A stretch of DNA of 64,000 bases from the NCBI GenBank assembly GCA_021159185.1, contig JAGGSH010000011.1, positions 12,307-76,306 on the forward strand. The letters are read 5' to 3'. Positions 48,190 to 58,410 of this stretch are shown here, piece by piece. Numbering within the stretch: the stretch's first letter is position 1; every line of letters starts with the position of its first letter. Under the pieces are notes generated by a model that was not told the origin of the DNA, made no database searches, and worked only from the letters and a program-made list of their open reading frames with translations. Source of the stretch: a bacterium (lineage in GTDB: Bacteria; Patescibacteriota; Minisyncoccia; Moranbacterales; UBA9337). Position numbers and translations under genes: made by a program.

Positions 48190-48720
48190 ATGAATAAAAA
48201 AATCATATTTACAATCTTAATTATCATCATTGTTATTGGCGGAATATATTTATGGCAAAAAAACCAACAGAATCAAAGCCCCATTGAAAATAATTCTATT
48301 GAACAAATTCCGACTGGAACAACAAATGGCATAAATAATTTTCAACTTCTAGAAATTGCAAAGCAACATGTTCTAAGCAAACCGCAATTATATTTGAACA
48401 GAGATAAATTCGTTGCATGGGATGATTATAATGAAATAGATTCTAGTTTTTCCAAAGCCACTCCTGAATGGATTATTTCTCAAAAGTCAGATATAAGATA
48501 CATTGAACCAAATAAATATCCTGCACCGCATGACAATTTAAATGATAAATACATTGTTAGTTGGTTCTTCATTCCTAGATGCGAAGAAAATCCAAGTAGT
48601 AATAATAAACCAAATTGGTTTGATAAAAAAGGTCGTCAATGTGTTGGGGGTTATCAATTAAGTGTAATGATAAATCCTAATGAAACAATTGATTATGTAG
48701 CATTAGACGCTCTTGACTAA
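48190..48720 (+). CDS. Hypothetical N-terminally anchored or secreted protein (176 aa)
   Basis: N-terminal hydrophobic segment IIFTILIIIIVIGGIYLW. Confidence 0.45.
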   Translation: MNKKIIFTILIIIIVIGGIYLWQKNQQNQSPIENNSIEQIPTGTTNGINNFQLLEIAKQHVLSKPQLYLNRDKFVAWDDYNEIDSSFSKATPEWIISQKSDIRYIEPNKYPAPHDNLNDKYIVSWFFIPRCEENPSSNNKPNWFDKKGRQCVGGYQLSVMINPNETIDYVALDALD

Positions 48721-49628
48721 TTCGCTAATGAAAATTTGCCCTGAAAAAACTTGCTCACTATTGTTCGCACCACATTGCGTTCTCGCTTCACTTCGTTACA
48801 CTTGGGTCACTTAACAAGAAATAAAAGAAAAATTGCTTGGCTCGCAATTTTCCCAAATTTTCTCCACTACACTCCGAAAACTTCTTTTATCCCTGATGTT
48901 ATTCGCAATTCCGTTTTACTCTATTGCGAATAACGCGCGCGGATGTCTCTCTGCTGTCATACTCCATTCCGCTCCCCTCCAAGGGCGGACAAGCGCGGAA
49001 CTTCGTATAACTTCGGATCATCCGCGCGCGTTAAATATAGTTCGCCAAGTTGTAGAAGATGCGGATATTATTAACGAACTTTTCACCAGCTTTAGCAAGA
49101 AGAAGGGTCTGGCTAAAAAACTTTAATGGCTGCTATAAAAAATATCAAGGGAATTTACCTTTGCCTGCCAGTAGGAAGACTTTTGATTTCCACTTTAGTC
49201 AGATAACCAAAAAAATTGCCCCATTTTCTTAATATGGTATACTGTAAATAATTGATTAAATCATATTAAGCATTTATATAAATTATTTATCACTCAATCA
49301 ATAGAGCGCTCTCTTGATATTTATCTCAAAACTTTAACGCCTGCGAATCAAAAACAAGAAAAATTTTTAACTTTAAAAAAATATCCAAAATTACTCCATT
49401 CTCCGCAAAATATCTTAACTTGCTTGCCAGACAAGGGAAACTTGAGGCATTCAAAGAGGATAGAGACTGGCTAACTTCAAGAGAGGCTGTTGAGCGGTAT
49501 CTTAAAAACCGAACCAGAAAAAGAAAAACTATAAAATAAAAAAATCAAATTTTCTTTTATCCCTGATGTGAAATTACAAATCCACTTAACGCGACTAAAA
49601 AATTTGATAAATCTAACTAACAAATATT

Positions 49629-50501
49629 ATGAAAAAAAACGCGATAACTTTAATTTTACTGGGACTATTTTTAGTTTCATCTTTGGCCTTAGCTCAAGAA
49701 CAAGCTCCAATTCAAGAACAAGCTCCAATTCAAGAACAAGCTAAAATATATTCCGGCTTTAACAGGTTCGTAGATAATGTCAGAATGTTTTTTTCTTTCA
49801 GAGATAAAAAAGTAATGCTGGCATTGGACATTAGAGATAAAGAATTAAGCTCCGCTATTGTGAATACAAAAAATGGAGCTAATGAAAAAGCGGAAAAAAA
49901 TCTTGAAAGAGCGAGAAAGAAGCTTCAATTTATTCAAAATAAAGTCTCAAAAGATATAGCGGAAAATGTAAAAACCAATATCAATAAAACAATCAGTAAA
50001 ATCAATGAAGATAAAGATTTATCAAATAATTTTGGAACATATCTCTTAGAAGAGAAGAAAACTCAACTTACGGCAGAATTAGCTATTGAGAAAGATGATA
50101 AAAGCGGAAAAAATAAAGTTGAAATAACCGTAGACGGGGAAAACGGACAATCAAAAATTATGGAAATTGAGGGAAAAATTATGGAAATTGATAATCAAAT
50201 TAAAGAAAGAGTGATTAATAATGTTATTGAAGACGGGAATAATAATAGCGATGGCGGCCTATTTCCGGAAGTTGAAATAGATAAAGCGCCCACTGAAGAA
50301 AAGAAAGATTTCATTAAAAAAGAAATTACGGTAGAAGATGGAATTATTGATGTGGTTGAGGATAACAAAAATAGGATAGACGAGGTGTTGGAAAATAAAG
50401 AAAATGAGGATATGTCTTCAACCGTTAATAATATTGATGGCAAAATAGATGATAAAATAAATGGCGGACCCGGAGAATTGGGCGCAGTTGATAAAGATTA
50501 A
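49629..50501 (+). CDS. Secreted hypothetical protein with a [18 protein letters not shown] tandem repeat
   Basis: Signal peptide, then a direct peptide repeat from the tandem 15-bp DNA repeat at 49690-49740. Lys/Glu/Asp-rich. Confidence 0.5.
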   Translation: MKKNAITLILLGLFLVSSLALAQEQAPIQEQAPIQEQAKIYSGFNRFVDNVRMFFSFRDKKVMLALDIRDKELSSAIVNTKNGANEKAEKNLERARKKLQFIQNKVSKDIAENVKTNINKTISKINEDKDLSNNFGTYLLEEKKTQLTAELAIEKDDKSGKNKVEITVDGENGQSKIMEIEGKIMEIDNQIKERVINNVIEDGNNNSDGGLFPEVEIDKAPTEEKKDFIKKEITVEDGIIDVVEDNKNRIDEVLENKENEDMSSTVNNIDGKIDDKINGGPGELGAVDKD

Positions 50502-50523
50502 ATATTATGAAAGATTAAATATT

Positions 50524-51099
50524 ATGAAAACTTTAAAAAGAACCAAAACCGAAAAAAACCTGCTTAAATCTTTTGCCGGCGAGTCGCAGGCCAGAATGAG
50601 ATATGATTATTTTTCCAAGCAAGCCAAAAAAGACGGATTGGAGCAAATTTCCGCTATTTTCGCGGAAACAGCGCTGAACGAAAAAGAGCACGCCAAAAGA
50701 TTTTTTAAATTTTTAGAAGGAAGACCTGTTGAAATCTCCGCTGTTTACCCCGCCGGGAAAATAGGAACCACTTTGGAAAATTTAAAAGCCGCGGCTGAAG
50801 GAGAAAATGAAGAATGGACGGAATTATATCCGAAATTTGCGGAAGTTGCGGAAGAAGAAGGGTTTGACGAGATCGCGACTGCTTTTAAAATGATAGCCAA
50901 AGTTGAAAAAGCTCATGAAGAAAGATATAAAAAACTATATAACAATCTTGAAACGGGAAAAGTTTTTAAACGCGAGGAAAAAATAATTTGGAAATGCAGG
51001 AATTGCGGCTATTTGCATGAAGGAAATTCCGCGCCGGAAAAATGTCCCGCCTGTCTGCATCCGCAAGCTTATTTTCAGATTAAAGAAAGTAATTATTAA
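50524..51099 (+). CDS. rbr: Rubrerythrin (ferritin-like diiron domain plus C-terminal rubredoxin-like CxxC...CxxC)
   Basis: [29 protein letters not shown]...EKEHAKRFF..., and the C-terminus [22 protein letters not shown]. Confidence 0.85.
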   Translation: MKTLKRTKTEKNLLKSFAGESQARMRYDYFSKQAKKDGLEQISAIFAETALNEKEHAKRFFKFLEGRPVEISAVYPAGKIGTTLENLKAAAEGENEEWTELYPKFAEVAEEEGFDEIATAFKMIAKVEKAHEERYKKLYNNLETGKVFKREEKIIWKCRNCGYLHEGNSAPEKCPACLHPQAYFQIKESNY

Positions 51100-51175
51100 A
51101 AATCTTTTTTTATTTGCCACTAAGTTACGATCGTGAGCTAATGGTAAATTGAACAATATCTAATTAGAGGCGGAA

Positions 51176-51208
51176 TTAAAAACTACAGAGTTAACTCTGT
51201 AGTTTTTA
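51176..51208. terminator. Bidirectional rho-independent terminator (aaaaactacagag ttaa ctctgtagttttt)
   Basis: Perfect 12-bp stem between the convergent rbr and rnpA genes. Confidence 0.65.
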
Positions 51209-51547
51209 ATTTAGTAAATTTATTTCTCCGGCAATTCCCAATATTTCTTTTTCTATTTCTTGATAATTTTTTTCCGTAATTCCCGGGTGGCAGACTATAA
51301 CTACATCCAGTCCGTTTTTAATATCGCTTAAATTTGATTGGATGATTTCTCTGGCTTGTCGCTTGATTTTATTTCTAACCACCGCTTTAGGGGAAACTTT
51401 TTTGGAAACGATAAAACCGAACCGGGAATTTCCCAAGTTGTTTTTAGCGAATTTTATTCCCAGAATTTTAGCGTGCCGCCCTTGCCCGAATTTAAAGACT
51501 TTTTCAAAATCTTTTTTGCCGGTAAGGCGGTATTTTTTTGGAAGCAT
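51206..51547 (-). CDS. rnpA: Ribonuclease P protein component
   Basis: 113 aa, MLPKKYRL...SRFGFIVSKKVSPKAVVRNKIKRQAREII, the RnpA signature. Confidence 0.8.
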   Translation of the reverse strand: MLPKKYRLTGKKDFEKVFKFGQGRHAKILGIKFAKNNLGNSRFGFIVSKKVSPKAVVRNKIKRQAREIIQSNLSDIKNGLDVVIVCHPGITEKNYQEIEKEILGIAGEINLLN

Positions 51548-51629
51548 AGGTTTATTGTTAATTTTTAATGCGTTTATCTATTCTCTCTTTAATTTCCTCC
51601 TCTTTAGTTTGGGCAAAATAGAGTATTTA

Positions 51630-51715
51630 TGTCATTCCCGACCCAGTCGGGAATCCAGGATAAAATCGCTAACTTAAAAAGATATTCTGGATTCCCGCTT
51701 GCGCGGGAATGACAT
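51630..51715. repeat. Family-1 MITE-like element
   Basis: gtcattcccgacccagtcgggaatccaggataaaatcgctaacttaaaaagatattctggattcccgcttgcgcgggaatgacat. Confidence 0.75.
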
Positions 51716-51819
51716 GGGAAACATTCTGGATTCCTAGGTCAAGTCTAGAGATGACATAGAAGGAAAAGCGAATAGCGTAGAAGATTTTCATAATACAAGG
51801 CAATAATGGGAATAGTTTG

Positions 51820-54117
51820 TTATATTCTTTCCAGCGGAGCGTAGGTGGCGGAAAGTTTCTTAATTCCGGTTTTCATAAAAGCTATGGTAATAATATCATC
51901 TTGCGTGGAAATAACCACTCCTTCGCCAAAATCCGGATGGCGGACGCGCTGGCCATCGCTGTAACTCGTAACTCGGGATGGTTTGAATTCTTTTAGGTCA
52001 TGGTTATTTTGATTTGAGATTTGTTTGGGATTTGAAGTTTGGGATTTAGAATCTGTTTGGAAATTGGAAATTGGAAATTGGAAATTCCGCACAAGGTGCG
52101 GCGGTATATCATCCAAAAACCGCGATGGCGGGTTGGCTTGGGTTGATCCGAAAATTACGCGCATTTCCGCGTGGAGAAGACAGACTTTTTCTTTGGCGCG
52201 GGTAATTCCCACATACATCAGCCTTCTCTCTTCCTCCATTTCATCCGCGTTTAACATACTGCGGGAATGCGGCAGAATTCCTTCTTCTAGCCCCGCGATA
52301 AAAACAATGGGGAATTCCAAACCTTTAGCGCTGTGCAGGGTCATTAAATGAACTGTGTCTTGATTTTGGTCAATATTATCTGTGTCCGCCACCAGCGCCA
52401 CTTCTTCCAAAAATAATTCCAAAGACATATTGGCGTTTTCGCCCCGATGTTTTTCAGCTACGCTCAAAAGTTCCCGCACATTTTCTATTCGCGTCTCTCC
52501 TTCAATTCCCATTTTCTCCAAGCTAGTTTCGTAACCGCTGCCTTTAAAAATTTTCTCAATCAAATTAGCTAATCCGGCTCTGTCTTTAAAATCTCTCATT
52601 TGAAAAATAAAATCACAGAACTGCTTAATTGCTTTAATTTTAGCTTCTTTTAATTCTGAATTTTGAGGGCTGATTTTAGCGCTTGCGTCCAGTAAGTTCA
52701 GATCGTTTTCTTTGGCGAAAGCCGCCCATTTTGCTAAAGTTTTTTTTCCAATGCCCCGCCGCGGTTCGTTAATAATCCGTTCCAAAGAAATATAATCGTT
52801 TCCGTTTTGAATAACGCGGAGGTAAGCGACAATATCTTTAATTTCTTTTCTTTGATAAAATTTCAGCCCGCCGATAATGCGATAGGGGATAGATTCTTTC
52901 AGGAAAATTTCCTCTATAATTCTTGATTGGGCGTTGGTGCGGTATAAAACCGCGAAATCGGAATAATTATATTTCTTATTTTTATCGCTAACTTTATTTT
53001 TAATTTCCTCGGCAATAAATTCAGCCTCGTCTTTTTCGTCGTTAGCCTCATAAACAGCCACGGGATGCCCTTTTTTATTTTCCGTCCACACTTTCTTGTC
53101 CTTGCGGTTTACATTTTTGGAAATTATTTCATGGGCCGCGTCTAAAATAATTTGAGTAGAGCGATAATTTTGTTCCAATTTAATAACCTTGGCGCCGGGA
53201 TAATCTTTTTCAAAACTTAAAATATTTTTAATATCCGCTTGTCTAAACATATAAATTGATTGCCAGTCATCACCCACGACGCAGAGATTGCGGTGTTTTT
53301 GGGAAAGCAGTTTTACCAAAAGGTATTGGGCGTGGTTGGTATCCTGGTATTCGTCCACTAAAATATAGCGGAATAAATTTTGGTATTTTGCCAGCACTTC
53401 GGGAAATTCCTGGAATATTTTCACCGCAAGCCGTATTAAATCGTCAAAATCCAGAATATTATTTTTTTTAAGCTCTTCTTGGTAAGCGTTGTAAACTTTA
53501 GCAACAGTTTCTTCGTAAAATCCTTCCGCTTGCCGGGAAAACGCTTCCTCGTCAATAAATTTATTTTTAGCTTCGCTGATAGCGGTTAAAAATGACGCGG
53601 GATTAAATTGGTCTTTACTGATACTCAATTCTTTAAAAATTCTTTTTACTAAAGCTAATTGGTCTTGAGCGTCAAAAATATTAAAAGATTTTTTGTATCC
53701 CAGTTTGTCTATTTCCCGCCGCAAAATTCTGGCGCAAACGCTGTGGAAAGTGCCAACAGTAGGTAGTTTGTAGCTTGTAGTTTGTATCTTAGGATTTGAA
53801 AATTGAGAATTGGAAATTTTACTTGTTGCTTGCCTGCCTGCCGGCGAGGCAGGCTGCTTACTTCTTGCTTCTAACAATTTGGCAATTCTTTCCTTCATTT
53901 CTTGGGCGGCTTTGTTGGTAAAAGTTACCGCCAGAATATTAAGCGGATTTATTTTCTTCTTTTTTATTAAATAAGCCACCCGATGGGTGAGTGTTCTGGT
54001 TTTTCCCGATCCGGCTCCGGCGATAATCAAAACGGGGCCCTCTGTGGCCTTGACCGCTTCTTGTTGCGCGGAATTGAGATTTTTGAGCAGATCGTTCATA
54101 ATTTTATGATATATCAT
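51820..54117 (-). CDS. pcrA: ATP-dependent DNA helicase PcrA/UvrD family, with a repeat-derived internal insertion and a low-complexity C-terminal tail
   Basis: IIAGAGSGKTRTLTHRVAYLI (Walker A), DEYQDTN, and the other helicase motifs. The insertion QPASPAGRQATSK is encoded by the 27-bp GC hairpin also found in rpsA. The C-terminal FQFPISNFQ comes from the ggaaattggaaatt tandem repeat at 52040-52085. Confidence 0.9.
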   Translation of the reverse strand: MIYHKIMNDLLKNLNSAQQEAVKATEGPVLIIAGAGSGKTRTLTHRVAYLIKKKKINPLNILAVTFTNKAAQEMKERIAKLLEARSKQPASPAGRQATSKISNSQFSNPKIQTTSYKLPTVGTFHSVCARILRREIDKLGYKKSFNIFDAQDQLALVKRIFKELSISKDQFNPASFLTAISEAKNKFIDEEAFSRQAEGFYEETVAKVYNAYQEELKKNNILDFDDLIRLAVKIFQEFPEVLAKYQNLFRYILVDEYQDTNHAQYLLVKLLSQKHRNLCVVGDDWQSIYMFRQADIKNILSFEKDYPGAKVIKLEQNYRSTQIILDAAHEIISKNVNRKDKKVWTENKKGHPVAVYEANDEKDEAEFIAEEIKNKVSDKNKKYNYSDFAVLYRTNAQSRIIEEIFLKESIPYRIIGGLKFYQRKEIKDIVAYLRVIQNGNDYISLERIINEPRRGIGKKTLAKWAAFAKENDLNLLDASAKISPQNSELKEAKIKAIKQFCDFIFQMRDFKDRAGLANLIEKIFKGSGYETSLEKMGIEGETRIENVRELLSVAEKHRGENANMSLELFLEEVALVADTDNIDQNQDTVHLMTLHSAKGLEFPIVFIAGLEEGILPHSRSMLNADEMEEERRLMYVGITRAKEKVCLLHAEMRVIFGSTQANPPSRFLDDIPPHLVRNFQFPISNFQTDSKSQTSNPKQISNQNNHDLKEFKPSRVTSYSDGQRVRHPDFGEGVVISTQDDIITIAFMKTGIKKLSATYAPLERI

Positions 54118-54195
54118 TCCCGCCCGCCGCGGCGGACGGGAATCTGGAGTACTTATTTAGACCAGCGATTATATCCTAGATTCCCGATCAAGTCG
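54104..54195. repeat. Family-1 MITE-like element
   Basis: tcattcccgcccgccgcggcggacgggaatctggag...tcctagattcccgatcaagtcgggaatgaca. Confidence 0.7.
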
Positions 54196-54319
54196 GGAAT
54201 GACAAAAATATTTCCCACAACCATTATAGCATACTGCCAAATGAGAAAATTGTTAAATAAAAAAAGCTAAGCTTCTGCATAGAAATTTAGCTTTTTTATA
54301 TGTTACGCTGTCACTCTTT

Positions 54320-55096
54320 CTACAGTTTCTGCTCAATGTATTCCCGAAAACCGGAAACCCTTTCTTTTTCGTCCGGGTTGATTAAAAACGGCTCTACATC
54401 TTTAGCCAAGCTCTTCAGGTCAATTTCGGAAATTTTTTCCAATAACCTGCTTTTTAAATCCTGCCGATTTTTAATATTAAATTTCTCCTTTAAATATTTA
54501 TAATTAAAATCAGCCAACTCCATTAAAAAAGCAATGTCGTAGAAATCTCTGCCCTTAGCTCTTTTACGGCCAAAAACAGCTCCGACTTTCTTGGACAAAA
54601 CTATATTAATCGGCGTTAAATTAATATTTCTGAATACATCAAATTTTGTCAACAAAAAATTTTTGGAATTATAACCGATATTTTCCCGCGCCGTATCAAT
54701 CTGAATCATCATTTTCTCATTTTTCATCGGACTCAATTTACTTTCAAATAAAATATCGGAAAATTTTATGTAAGCGTGGCAAGCCAATTTATAAACGGTT
54801 CTAATTTCAATATTATATCCCTCCCGACTCAATTCTTTTTTAATTAAATCAGCCATTTCTTCAAATTCGCTTTTGTTTAGATGAAAATTATCAAAATCCA
54901 GATCTTCCGAAAATCTTCTGCCTTGGTAACAAATTCTAATGGCTGTTCCGCCTAAAAAAGACATTTTTCCGCCAAACTTGCTTTTAAATATCACATCCAA
55001 TATTTTATATTGCAGATATTCTCTTAAAATACTTTTTTCAAACCCCTGTAATTTTGGATAATACTTTTTTATCTCATTAAGATCTAACATAGGCAT
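54320..55096 (-). CDS. Nucleotidyltransferase AbiEii/AbiGii toxin family (second copy)
   Basis: KFGGKMSFLGGTAIRICYQGRRFSEDLDFD, the AbiEii (DUF1814) signature. Confidence 0.7.
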   Translation of the reverse strand: MPMLDLNEIKKYYPKLQGFEKSILREYLQYKILDVIFKSKFGGKMSFLGGTAIRICYQGRRFSEDLDFDNFHLNKSEFEEMADLIKKELSREGYNIEIRTVYKLACHAYIKFSDILFESKLSPMKNEKMMIQIDTARENIGYNSKNFLLTKFDVFRNINLTPINIVLSKKVGAVFGRKRAKGRDFYDIAFLMELADFNYKYLKEKFNIKNRQDLKSRLLEKISEIDLKSLAKDVEPFLINPDEKERVSGFREYIEQKL

Positions 55097-55691
55097 TAAT
55101 TAATTTTATCTTTTGAGTTATTTTTTTTGAGTCAAATTTTCTTAAATAGTTATTTAATTTGCCACAGCCTATTGTTTCCTTAAAAACTTCCTTATTAAGC
55201 CTTAATTCATAAACATCGTTTTTATTAACTATATCGTTCCTAAAATACAAAAAATCCAGTAAAGCTTTTTCCGGATCGGCGATTTTAAAGGAAATTTTTT
55301 CATTTTTAATTAACCTATAACCAAAAAATAGTTCTGTTTTAATATTGCGATATGAAAAGTTTCCAATTTCCGATTTTATCATTCTTGTTTTTTTTGTGGT
55401 AACGGAAGTGTACAAAAAAACAGTTTCCGGAATTAAATTATAGTAACTCAAAGCGTATTCAAGACTTAGATAAGATGGTTCGTAAAGCTTGTTGGATATA
55501 AAATTCATTTCAAAATCAGATAATTGCTTGTCGGCAAAAATATAAAAATTATTGGCTACTTTTTTCAAATAATGCTTTTTTTGCCATTCATACAAGCGGC
55601 GATGATCAAAATCGCTCTCCGCATTTTTAATATCCGATAAATGAATAATCGGATATTCCTTGAAGTGATTAGAAAAGTCAATGTATTTCAT
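55077..55691 (-). CDS. AbiEi-family antitoxin (second copy), overlapping the toxin gene by 20 nt
   Basis: Roughly 200 aa, positioned upstream of and overlapping the AbiEii gene, with the same architecture as the 38027-38635 / 37324-38037 pair. YEPSYLSLEYALSYYNLIPE parallels YSPSYISFETVLRDAGMIFQ. Confidence 0.5.
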   Translation of the reverse strand: MKYIDFSNHFKEYPIIHLSDIKNAESDFDHRRLYEWQKKHYLKKVANNFYIFADKQLSDFEMNFISNKLYEPSYLSLEYALSYYNLIPETVFLYTSVTTKKTRMIKSEIGNFSYRNIKTELFFGYRLIKNEKISFKIADPEKALLDFLYFRNDIVNKNDVYELRLNKEVFKETIGCGKLNNYLRKFDSKKITQKIKLINAYVRS

Positions 55692-55762
55692 TTCTATTTT
55701 TAGTTATTTTTAACTAATTTCTGAAATAAGTATAACACCGGCTAAAGCAATGGTCAAGTTTT

Positions 55763-56668
55763 TCACCGCTTTCTGTGAAATTTTTGATAAACTCCTTCCA
55801 AGCGACGGTTAGTTATATGGGTGTAAATTTGGGTGGTGGTGATAGACGAATGCCCCAGCATTTCTTGGACACTGCGGATATCGGCGCCGTTGGCCAATAA
55901 ATCAGTGGCAAAAGTGTGGCGTAAAGTATGCGGATGGACATTTTTTATAATCCCGGCTTTAATCGCGTATTCTTTCACTATTCTTTGGACGCTTCTGGGC
56001 GTTAATCTTAAATCAGCGTCTTTGGGAATTTTTTTCACAACGCGGACGAATAATGCCGGGTCAGTGTCTATTCTCTCTTCAAGATATTTTCTTATCGCTT
56101 CTTTGGCTGTGTCGGAGATAAAAACAATTCTGGTTTTTCTGCCTTTTCCCTTAACGCTAAAATTTTGCTTTTCCAGATTGATTTTATCCCGGTCTATATT
56201 TACCAGCTCCGAAACGCGCAGGCCGGCTGAAAAAAGAAGCTCCAAAATGGCGCGGTCGCGCAAAGATTTTAAATCCGTTCCATTGGCTGAATTCAAAAGG
56301 CGATCCACTTCTTCCGGCTCCAAGAATTCCACTTCGCGTTGCGAACTTTTCCCTATTTCCACTTTTTCCGCTGAAAGCGTTTCAATGTCCTGCTTCGCCA
56401 AATATTTTAAAAACCCGCGGAGAACGATGACATAATTATTTTGAGTAACTTGTTTTAAGCAATTTCCCTTTGCGTCTTGGCGGCGGTTAAGGTAAAGTCG
56501 GTACTTTTTTACCAAGCCTAAATCAATATCGCCGGGATTTTTAATTTTAGACCAATTTAAAAAATAAATTAAACAGCGATGATAATTTTCCACTGTTTTG
56601 GGTGAGCGGCTTAATTCAATTTCCAGATGCTCTAAAAATTCTATGAGAAGAGTTTTGATGTTTGACAT
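55763..56668 (-). CDS. Tyrosine recombinase, XerC/XerD-like
   Basis: N-terminal SAM-like core-binding domain. LRDRAILELLFSAGLRVSELVNI...HTLRHTFATDLLANGADIRSVQEMLGHSSITTTQIYTHI. Confidence 0.8.
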   Translation of the reverse strand: MSNIKTLLIEFLEHLEIELSRSPKTVENYHRCLIYFLNWSKIKNPGDIDLGLVKKYRLYLNRRQDAKGNCLKQVTQNNYVIVLRGFLKYLAKQDIETLSAEKVEIGKSSQREVEFLEPEEVDRLLNSANGTDLKSLRDRAILELLFSAGLRVSELVNIDRDKINLEKQNFSVKGKGRKTRIVFISDTAKEAIRKYLEERIDTDPALFVRVVKKIPKDADLRLTPRSVQRIVKEYAIKAGIIKNVHPHTLRHTFATDLLANGADIRSVQEMLGHSSITTTQIYTHITNRRLEGVYQKFHRKR

Positions 56669-56699
56669 ATTTCTATGAAGGATCTCTACGAATTACTTT

Positions 56700-56820
56700 T
56701 TTCTTCTCCCCCTCCTCTTTGAGGAGGGGATTGAGGGGTGGTGTTATTTCCACCAGCGATATTTCACACCCCTCCGCCCTACGGGCACCTCCCCTCAAAG
56801 AGGGGAGGAAGTAAAAGCTA
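56700..56820. repeat. GC-rich palindromic repeat (family 2-like: ctccccctcctctttgaggaggggattgagggg ... cccctcaaagaggggagg)
   Basis: Long inverted-repeat structure related to the gggga/tcccc hairpins at 22741-22800 and 22965-23012. Confidence 0.6.
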
Positions 56821-56939
56821 ACTTTATCTTACCCCAATCTGCCGAAAATAAAAAGAAATTTGCTGAAAGCAAAAATATTCCCGCTTTTTAGCTTATTCAA
56901 GCTAAAATTACGCGCTGTGAATAAGTCCGCAAAAATTAT

Positions 56940-56967
56940 TTGACAAATTTTCAGCATCTCCTATACT
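56940..56967 (+). promoter_or_regulatory. Sigma-70-like promoter TTGACAAATTTT...TATACT upstream of the T4SS-like cluster
   Basis: ttgacaaattttcagcatctcctatact. The -35 region, 12 bp downstream of it, the spacer length and the -10 match the 27892-27919 promoter. Confidence 0.5.
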
Positions 56968-57113
56968 ACCCGTTAAGCGTAAAAGTTAGAGTTTTAGCCG
57001 ATAGGCGGATAGCAATATAGGCAACTGTGAAAAAACGCTTTAAAGCTAAAACTAAATGAAAGATAAATATTATTAGTAGACAAATCCTTGTTTGTCATTC
57101 AAGACCGGAACGA

Positions 57114-58271
57114 TTGAGTCTGAAGCTGAAAGATCTTCAAACTAAAATTTATCACTGGCAAGCGAATTTCGCCAGCTTGGTTAAAGAACGCAGGACCATA
57201 AAATTGCTGCATGTTTTGAGAAATTATTCTGCTTTAGCGGTAGTAGTTTCCAGCGCCATTTTGGTAATAGCTACCAATATGGCGTCCGGCAAAGAGTCTC
57301 GCGGTTTTTTGTTTGGACACTGGAACGACAGTGAAGAAGTTGAAAGCCCTCGGAAAAATAAGATTAGCGGACAAATAAACCGCGAAAGCGGATTGGTTTT
57401 CGTTCCTTTGGCGCAGGCTAGCGCCGCGGTAGATGTGGAGCTTAAAAAAGATGACGAGGAAGAAGTTTCCATTATTCAGGGAAATCAAGGGCAAGTAATG
57501 GTAGCTAATAACAGTCCTGTTTTAAAAGATCCTAAAGAAGGTGAAGGGGTGATTATCTATGAAGTGGAAGAAGGGGATACAGTGAGTTCTATTGCCATCG
57601 CTCACGGAATTACCGTAAATACTATTCTTTGGGCTAATGACATAGATGATATTGATTCTATAATGCCCGGAGACAAGATATTTATTCTTCCCGTAGCCGG
57701 ATTATCTTATACTGTCAAAAAAGGCGATTCGCTTAAAAGCATTGCCAAAGAATATGAAGCTGATGAGAAAAAAATTATCGCTTTCAATGATCTTCCGGCC
57801 AATGGAAAAATAGAAGCCGGGCAGGAAATAATTATACCCGGCGGGAAGAAAGAAATTCCGCTAAGCGCTACTGAATCTTCAAGAATCGCGCGAAGGCAAT
57901 ATGCCACTCCTTCCGGAGGCGCTCCCGCAGTTTCCGGCTGGAAAAAGCTGGATGGGAAAGCCGGCACGGGACACAAATTTCCTTATGGTTATTGCACCTG
58001 GTATGTTTCCCAAAAACGATATATTCCATGGGGAGGGAATGCCGGAACTTGGCTGTATCACGCTAAAGTTAGCGGATACAAAACAAGCAAAACGCCAAGA
58101 AAAGGCTCTATTATCGTAACTTCCGAATCTTGGTGGGGGCATGTCGGCATTGTGGAAAAAATAGACAAGGGAACAGTCACTATTTCCGAAATGAACCACC
58201 GCGGCTGGGGCAAAGTTTCCCGCCGAACACTATCTTCTAAGAGTAGAGTGATTAAAGGATATATTCGTTAG
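57114..58271 (+). CDS. Membrane-anchored peptidoglycan hydrolase: two LysM domains plus a C-terminal CHAP domain
   Basis: TTG start. TM ALAVVVSSAILVIATNMASG. LysM YEVEEGDTVSSIAIAHGITVNTILWAN and YTVKKGDSLKSIAKEYEADEKKIIAFN. CHAP with GYCTWYV (Cys) ... WWGHVGIV (His). Confidence 0.75.
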   Translation: MSLKLKDLQTKIYHWQANFASLVKERRTIKLLHVLRNYSALAVVVSSAILVIATNMASGKESRGFLFGHWNDSEEVESPRKNKISGQINRESGLVFVPLAQASAAVDVELKKDDEEEVSIIQGNQGQVMVANNSPVLKDPKEGEGVIIYEVEEGDTVSSIAIAHGITVNTILWANDIDDIDSIMPGDKIFILPVAGLSYTVKKGDSLKSIAKEYEADEKKIIAFNDLPANGKIEAGQEIIIPGGKKEIPLSATESSRIARRQYATPSGGAPAVSGWKKLDGKAGTGHKFPYGYCTWYVSQKRYIPWGGNAGTWLYHAKVSGYKTSKTPRKGSIIVTSESWWGHVGIVEKIDKGTVTISEMNHRGWGKVSRRTLSSKSRVIKGYIR

Positions 58272-58410
58272 AATTTTTAATTTTGTAATTTTCAATTTTA
58301 AATAAAGGCAGGCGTTAAGCCTGTCTTTATGTTTCATACAACGCTTCGTGAATTCTAAAATCGTGGTATAATAAAATAAATTTTTTGTACTATTCGCACT
58401 AGATAAAATT

